Below, one piece after another: positions 26,445 to 32,000 of a DNA stretch of 32,000 bases (positions are counted from its first letter, which is position 1; the number at the start of each line of letters is the position of its first letter). The DNA comes from an uncultured bacterium. GTDB lineage: Bacteria; Patescibacteriota; Gracilibacteria; UBA1369; PNNO01. The notes below the pieces were generated by a model that worked only from the letters and a program-made list of their open reading frames with translations, searched no databases and was not told where the DNA came from. Where the stretch lies: positions 1,260,001 through 1,292,000 of the forward strand of contig OY969931.1 in assembly GCA_963704705.1 (NCBI GenBank). Reading direction: 5' to 3'. Made by a program: the position numbers and the translations under genes.

Positions 26445-28649
26445 TTAAGCTAATACATCTTCTTTGGTGGAATCCGCAACAAATAAGAAAGACTTATTTT
26501 TATTTTTTGGAAGTTCCTGAATCAGCTTAATATCATCTTTCGTTGTTGAAACAATGTGAATATCTCCTTGCGGAGCATTTTTAACTGTTGTTCCAAGTGT
26601 GTCAGTTGAAATTTTCACTTCTGTTGAAGTGGGGAATCTGGCTTCATAAACCAATTTTTGAAGGTAATAACGCGCTTTGTCAGTATTCTGTTTGCTTGTA
26701 CACATCCATAAAGTGATTTTTCCGGACCAATTTCTGTAAAGCTGATATGCAACCAGCATTGCCAGGTCGAATTTCCTGTCATCCCTGAATTCCTCTTTAA
26801 GTATCTTTGGTGAAATCCAGACATGAATATCTTTTTCTGATCCCATACCCGCTTCTTCATCTTTATCGAATAATAAAATCCCGATTTTTTGTTTAAGTGT
26901 ATTTTCAAATAATTTTTCAAGATTTGTTTCAGACATTCTGTCAGATCTAAAAGGCAAAAAAAGTATATTTGGATGGAAAACCTGGCTTCCTATAGCCTCC
27001 AGAGAAACTATAACTCCCTCTGTATAATCATCGGTTTCAATTATTGCAGATGACGTAAAAATGCCTTCATTTGAAAACTTATCCACCATTTGAGGAAGTT
27101 CTAAAAGCTCTTCTTTGATTTCTTTTGTTGTAAGATCGTCTGCATCCGGAACTTTTTTATTGTCAGTTAATTTGATTCCAAGCACTGTCATTGTTCCGGT
27201 AGGATATGCGATTGCTTTAATTAAAGGAAAGTTGCCCAGTAAAGTTCGGGTAAGCACAACAGGCACAAGAATATTCGGCTTCCATGTATGCTTTGTTGAC
27301 TCAGGCAAAGTAATAATTTTTTTAGCTGCCCATTCAGCCAAAGTCACAAAAAGGCCTGATCTTAAATCCCCTTCTTCTGCTTTTAATTTTCTTTTAACAA
27401 GCCAGAAATACAGAGCAACCAGGAATATTAAAGCTATGAATCCGGCAATCGGATTAATAACAAACATAAAAACTATGGCAGCAACAAATCCATATAAAGC
27501 AACAAATTTAGGCACTTTGATTCGTGGCCTGAAACTAACCATTCCAAGTGACTGTTCAATATATACCGACATATTTATTAATGAATATGTTATTAAAAAA
27601 AACATTGTCAAAAGCGGAGCAATCGTGTCCAGACTTCCCAATGTAAGCGCGATAAATATAACAATTGTTGAAAATAAAATTGCAAAATAAGGCTCTCCTT
27701 TTTTGCTTTCTTTGACGAATAATTCGCTAAAAGGCAAAATTTTACTTTTTGACATTGCATTCATTAAACGCGGAGCAGCAATAAATGTTGTTAAGCCGCT
27801 TGAAAATGTCGCAGCCAAAATCCCACCAAGAATAAGTGGCCCATAAAACGCCTTATCAACCATTATTAAATTATTGCTTACCAACTCATCGGCCGTAGCA
27901 ACCGTGCCTAACCAAAAAGCAACTGCAATATAAATTAAAGTTGTAAGACCGATTGCCCATAAAACACCTTTACCAATCTGTCTTTTCGGATCAGTAAGCT
28001 CACCAGAAAGGCCTATGCCAGCCTGAAGCCCTGTCATTGCAGGAAAAAATAAAGCGAAAAGCCACCAAAACGAACCCCATGCTTCAGGGTTTATGTAATT
28101 AGCAGTGCCAATATTATTCCACCATGTTCCACCCCCCATAAATAACATCACAATCGAAGCAACTATTAGTACAAACACAATCATTTGCACTCTAATAGCA
28201 AATGAAACACTGATGATATTAAGTAAAAGCAAACAAGCTAAAACTATATAAACAACAAGTAAAAACGGATGGCTCGGGAAAATAAAAGTCCATGCTTCGG
28301 CAAAACCGAAAATATAAAATACAACTGACAAAATTTGCGCTAAAACAAGCGGAATCCCCACGCTTCCACCTACCTCGAGGCCGAGTGTTTTTTTGATAAT
28401 TGAATAAGCTCCGCCTGCCTCAATTTTAAGATTTGTTGTGATCGAACTTAAAGATAAAGCAGTTGCAATAGTCACAGTCGCGGATAGCAAAATAATTAAA
28501 ATAGTTGGAATAATACCAGCTGTACCAACAACATAACCCAGCCTTAAATAAAGAATTACACCAATAATACTTAAAAATGTTGGCACAAAAACCCCATTAA
28601 ATGCATTAAATTTTTGTTTTGTTTGTGTTTGAGTTTGTTCTTTTTTCAT
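26445..28649 (-). CDS. SLC12-like cation/chloride cotransporter / APC-superfamily permease
   Basis: NAFNGVFVPTFLSIIGVILYLRLGYVVGTAGIIPTILIIL, SSITTNLKIEAGGAYSIIKKTLGLEVGGSVGIPL, FFPAMTGLQAGIGLSGELTDPKRQIGKG; soluble C-terminal domain. Confidence 0.9.
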   Translation of the reverse strand: MKKEQTQTQTKQKFNAFNGVFVPTFLSIIGVILYLRLGYVVGTAGIIPTILIILLSATVTIATALSLSSITTNLKIEAGGAYSIIKKTLGLEVGGSVGIPLVLAQILSVVFYIFGFAEAWTFIFPSHPFLLVVYIVLACLLLLNIISVSFAIRVQMIVFVLIVASIVMLFMGGGTWWNNIGTANYINPEAWGSFWWLFALFFPAMTGLQAGIGLSGELTDPKRQIGKGVLWAIGLTTLIYIAVAFWLGTVATADELVSNNLIMVDKAFYGPLILGGILAATFSSGLTTFIAAPRLMNAMSKSKILPFSELFVKESKKGEPYFAILFSTIVIFIALTLGSLDTIAPLLTMFFLITYSLINMSVYIEQSLGMVSFRPRIKVPKFVALYGFVAAIVFMFVINPIAGFIALIFLVALYFWLVKRKLKAEEGDLRSGLFVTLAEWAAKKIITLPESTKHTWKPNILVPVVLTRTLLGNFPLIKAIAYPTGTMTVLGIKLTDNKKVPDADDLTTKEIKEELLELPQMVDKFSNEGIFTSSAIIETDDYTEGVIVSLEAIGSQVFHPNILFLPFRSDRMSETNLEKLFENTLKQKIGILLFDKDEEAGMGSEKDIHVWISPKILKEEFRDDRKFDLAMLVAYQLYRNWSGKITLWMCTSKQNTDKARYYLQKLVYEARFPTSTEVKISTDTLGTTVKNAPQGDIHIVSTTKDDIKLIQELPKNKNKSFLFVADSTKEDVLA

Positions 28650-29161
28650 TAAATTGATGATTTTAGTTCTTCAAAAAATTTTTGTGTTCTTTTAATATAA
28701 GCTTCATCTGTAATTTTGCCTTGTTCATTAAATAAATCTTTAACATTAGAAAAGTAAACAGCATTGTTTATTGGAAGCATATGAAATGCAATTGCTACCT
28801 GGCGAAGTTGTTCAACCACTCGCGCACCTCCTATTCCGCCTGATGAAACTCCGCAAATTCCAAGCGGTTTGCTAGAAAACTGCTTATATATCATGTCGAG
28901 CATCATTTTAAGTTCTCCTGGGTACCCATGATTATATTCCGGTGAAACAATAATAATTGCATCGGCTTTGCTTACTTTTTCTCCAAGTTTTTTTGCTTCT
29001 GGAATTTCTTCCGTGTTATTTGTAGCCTGGATTCGATAATCACGAACATCTAAAATTTCGCTTTCAAAACCAGCATTTTTAGATTGTTCTAATAAAAATT
29101 TTGCTGCTTTTTCAGATTGCCTGCCTTCTCGTGCCGTTCCTAAAATAATGGGAATATACAT
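28649..29161 (-). CDS. NAD(P)H-dependent FMN reductase family protein
   Basis: PIILGTAREGRQSEKAAKFLLEQ; IIVSPEYNHGYPGELKMMLD; PLGICGVSSGGIGGARVVEQLR. Confidence 0.93.
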   Translation of the reverse strand: MYIPIILGTAREGRQSEKAAKFLLEQSKNAGFESEILDVRDYRIQATNNTEEIPEAKKLGEKVSKADAIIIVSPEYNHGYPGELKMMLDMIYKQFSSKPLGICGVSSGGIGGARVVEQLRQVAIAFHMLPINNAVYFSNVKDLFNEQGKITDEAYIKRTQKFFEELKSSI

Positions 29162-29225
29162 AATAATATAATTTATTTAATATCCATTATATTATTATAC
29201 AATAAAATAAAGAAAAATGCATTAT

Positions 29226-30650
29226 TTATCCTTCTTCAATCATTGATTCTTTAACAACTTCAGTTTCAAGTGTATCTTTTTCAATTATCTTTTTCTTCTT
29301 CCAGTCACCTTTCATATACCAAATTATTGCAAGTATTGTTGTCAGGACATTCGCGATCGGCAAAGCCAACCATATTCCCACCTCAGCCAATCCAGTGTGT
29401 TTTGATAGTATGTAAGCCAAAGGAAATTGAAATATCCAAAAGGACACAATAGAAATCATCATTGAAACCCCTGTATTGCCGGAACCTGTAAACGTTCCGT
29501 TGATTGTAAACTGCACTCCCACAAATCCAAAACTAAGCGCCATAATTTTAACAAAAAGCGAACCTGAAGCAATAACCGCAGGATCATTTGGAATAAACGC
29601 TGCTGTAATCGGTTCAGCAAAAATAAAGAAGACTATCCCGATCACAGTTAATCCCACAAATGAAATAATTGTACTTAAACGTGTGATTTTTTCAGCTCTT
29701 TCAATCTTCCCTGCTCCGATGTTTTGTCCGACAAGCGTTGAAGCTGCCATTGATACTCCAACTGCCGGAATAATTATAAAACTGAAAATTCGCGCTCCGA
29801 TACCATATGATGCAATAACCATAGTTCCAAAAGTCGCAACTAAAAATGCCATTACTGTTAATCCGAGCGCCCTTGAAGATTGTGCAATTGAAGCCGGAAA
29901 TCCAAGTAAAAACATTTTTTTAAACATTTTGAAATTAAGTTTCATGTTTTTCAATTTCAGATGGATTCCGTATTTACCGCTGAATAACAGAATTAAACCA
30001 ATTATTGCTGCAAGCCCTTGTGTTCCGACTGTTGCGATTGCAGCGCCACTAACACCGTAAGCCGGTATCGGACCATATCCCAAAATAAATAAAGGGTCCA
30101 AAACCAGATTCAAAAGAACAGTTCCAAACACTATATATAACGGAGTTTTAACATCCCCAACCCCGCGCATAAGTGACTGAAAAACAAAATATGCGAACAT
30201 GAAAGTTAAACCGATGAATGAAATCTGCAAATAAGAAACAGCATTTGGCAAAACATCAGCTGCCGCTCCCATAAGCCCCATAATTGGCGCTGAGACAAAA
30301 TATCCAGCAACAGAACCAATAATAGAAACAATAATCATCATTAATAAAGTCTGACCCGAAACATAATCAACCTGCTCCAAATCTCCTTTCCCTTTATATT
30401 GAGCAACCAAAATCGTACCAGCAATCGCGAGCCCGCCTCCAAGAGAAATAAGTAAAAATAATATCGGAAAACTCAAAGATACTGCTGCCACAGCCTCTGC
30501 GCCAAGTCTTCCAACCCAAAAAGTATCAACAAGTTGATATGCGGTTTGAAGAATATTTGCAAAAACAATCGGCAGAGCAAGACCGATTAATGATTTTAAT
30601 ATGGGACCGGATGTAAAATCGGGCAGTGTTTTTTGTTTAATAGAAGCCAT
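29226..30650 (-). CDS. MATE-family multidrug/Na+ efflux transporter
   Basis: SLIGLALPIVFANILQTAYQLVDTFWVGRLGAEAVAAVSLSFPI; GADVLPNAVSYLQIS; VGQNIGAGKIERA. Confidence 0.95.
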   Translation of the reverse strand: MASIKQKTLPDFTSGPILKSLIGLALPIVFANILQTAYQLVDTFWVGRLGAEAVAAVSLSFPILFLLISLGGGLAIAGTILVAQYKGKGDLEQVDYVSGQTLLMMIIVSIIGSVAGYFVSAPIMGLMGAAADVLPNAVSYLQISFIGLTFMFAYFVFQSLMRGVGDVKTPLYIVFGTVLLNLVLDPLFILGYGPIPAYGVSGAAIATVGTQGLAAIIGLILLFSGKYGIHLKLKNMKLNFKMFKKMFLLGFPASIAQSSRALGLTVMAFLVATFGTMVIASYGIGARIFSFIIIPAVGVSMAASTLVGQNIGAGKIERAEKITRLSTIISFVGLTVIGIVFFIFAEPITAAFIPNDPAVIASGSLFVKIMALSFGFVGVQFTINGTFTGSGNTGVSMMISIVSFWIFQFPLAYILSKHTGLAEVGIWLALPIANVLTTILAIIWYMKGDWKKKKIIEKDTLETEVVKESMIEEG

Positions 30651-30670
30651 TTCGTGACATTGTTAAATAA

Positions 30671-30910
30671 TTACTGATTTTCTTTCATTATGTTTTGAAG
30701 CGATTCCAGCTTTTTCGACATCGCAGTTGTTAATTCTGCAAGTTTTGAAGGTTTTGCAAACATAATTGTTTCGTTATCCAATGAAAAAGCCAAAAGTTTT
30801 TCACCTGAATTAAGGTGCATGACTTTTCGGGCTTCAACCGGAATAACAATCTGCCCTTTTTCACCTACTGTAGCGCTGCCGTAGAACTGCATAGCACAAT
30901 GTCCTTTCAT
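30671..30910 (-). CDS. AbrB/SpoVT-type swapped-hairpin DNA-binding protein
   Basis: MQFYGSATVGEKGQIVIPVEARKVMHLNSGEKLLAFSLDNETIMFAKP. The true start may be the Met at 30892. Confidence 0.85.
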   Translation of the reverse strand: MKGHCAMQFYGSATVGEKGQIVIPVEARKVMHLNSGEKLLAFSLDNETIMFAKPSKLAELTTAMSKKLESLQNIMKENQ

Positions 30911-30975
30911 AATAAATAAGTTAAATCATATTTGTAGGAAAAGTATGATTTAACTTACCCAAGAAGTCAAGTTCC

Positions 30976-30985
30976 GTCCCGGGAC
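30976..30985. repeat. GTCCCGGGAC palindrome (second copy of the GC-rich motif)
   Basis: TCCGTCCCGGGAC shared exactly with 1300-1312. Confidence 0.7.
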
Positions 30986-31136
30986 AATATGCTTGCAAAA
31001 CCTCGATTTACGACTTTCTTATACAAAAATTCATGCATTAAAAATACAGAACTTCAAAACGCACAATAATAATCTGTCAAATCCAGGCGATTTGGATTAC
31101 TGGTGATTATCGATTTTGAAAACAATTAAATTCTCA

Positions 31137-31925
31137 TCATCTTTGTAAACTTAAACCTGCATACTTTATTATTTCTTCAAATACTTTCTTTTCTTGCGTA
31201 TTCATTGAAGGTTTTATGTAACGTGAACCCAAATAAGTCCTGAGTTCTCGTGAAAATTCGTTAAGACATTTATTATAAGCTTCCTTAAGGTGCGTTCCTT
31301 TTGCAGTCTTGAACAACTTCAGATATTTACCCTTATTTCTGGTGTACATTATTAAAAAAGCCTCTTTAAATATTTTATTTAATGATAGAGCCTGCCCTTC
31401 CTCCGATCTCCATTCAAGTCTGAAATTAATTCTTTTAAACTCATCTCCTCCAACTTGACCCTGCATCCATTTATATAAAACTTTTTTTATTTTTTTCAAA
31501 GCATTTTTATTGGTTGGCTCACGTTCAATTTTTTTCAAATGGGCAATAAAAGGATCTTGAGTTTTAAGCTTGTTCTCAGCATTTATAATTATTTTTTTAA
31601 TTAACTCCAACTGTTTTTGAGTAATTAAACCTAATGCTCTGGCTATTTCAAATTCAGGTAACTTTTGTTTTAAAGTCTTCAGCACTTCTTGTGTAATTTC
31701 TAATTTCTTTTCGACTACATCCATCATGTATTTCATCGGATATGGATCGTCTTTATTGGCTTTTTTCAGCTTATCCAGCAAGAGTTTCACATTTTGAGTT
31801 TTTGGAGTTATATATGCAGATAATCCATTAATTATCGCCCCGTTAATATTTCTGTTAAATTCTGATTCGGATATCTTTCTTCTTCTAGCCTCTCTTACTA
31901 ATTTGTAGTTGCCAAAAGTATACAT
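31137..31925 (-). CDS. Hypothetical helical protein, 262 aa
   Basis: Intact ORF with coding-like composition; no recognised motif. Confidence 0.7.
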   Translation of the reverse strand: MYTFGNYKLVREARRRKISESEFNRNINGAIINGLSAYITPKTQNVKLLLDKLKKANKDDPYPMKYMMDVVEKKLEITQEVLKTLKQKLPEFEIARALGLITQKQLELIKKIIINAENKLKTQDPFIAHLKKIEREPTNKNALKKIKKVLYKWMQGQVGGDEFKRINFRLEWRSEEGQALSLNKIFKEAFLIMYTRNKGKYLKLFKTAKGTHLKEAYNKCLNEFSRELRTYLGSRYIKPSMNTQEKKVFEEIIKYAGLSLQR

Positions 31926-32000
31926 AAAAAATTTAACTTCTTTAAATAGATCATTTAATTTAGGTTGATTGTTATATCTTATTCGTAATCTTTGGAATTC

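Noticed and set aside
1-32000. rRNA or tRNA genes, toxin-antitoxin pair, prophage or alternative genetic code
   Set aside because: No rRNA/tRNA segments were recognised by eye. The AbrB-like gene has no obvious toxin partner, there are no phage structural genes, and standard-code ORFs are intact without the need for UGA recoding. tRNAscan-SE would be needed to exclude small RNAs formally.

Overview
AT-rich bacterial chromosomal window with compact gene order. A Patescibacteria/CPR-like origin is a guess from gene content, not demonstrated. Recognisable genes: an HNH-domain protein, a GH18+SLH protein, an FtsI/PBP2-type transpeptidase, an M16 peptidase, a RAYT/Y1-type transposase, two ECF-type sigma factors, a very large membrane-anchored alpha-2-macroglobulin-like (A2M/MG2) protein, a lipoprotein, a UPF0251/DUF134-like regulator, an SLH+CAP protein, MgtE, two paralogous cation:proton antiporters flanking an SLC13-like transporter, an SLC12-like transporter, an FMN reductase, a MATE transporter and an AbrB-like protein. 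The strongest candidate for something new is the 1773-aa A2M-like protein. It starts 2 nt downstream of an ECF sigma gene and carries a compact (129-aa) intein-like Hint domain (Cys1048..His1175-Asn1176, followed by Asp, not Cys/Ser/Thr). The Hint domain sits exactly in the Gly-rich/bait-region position of the A2M scaffold, and no CxEQ thioester motif is visible. Other notable items: a GC-rich cysteine-rich mini-gene cassette with its own promoter, a potentially structured leader and a terminator; a 9 x 18-bp tandem repeat; a perfect 13-bp hairpin next to the RAYT gene; and a rare GC-rich palindrome present twice.
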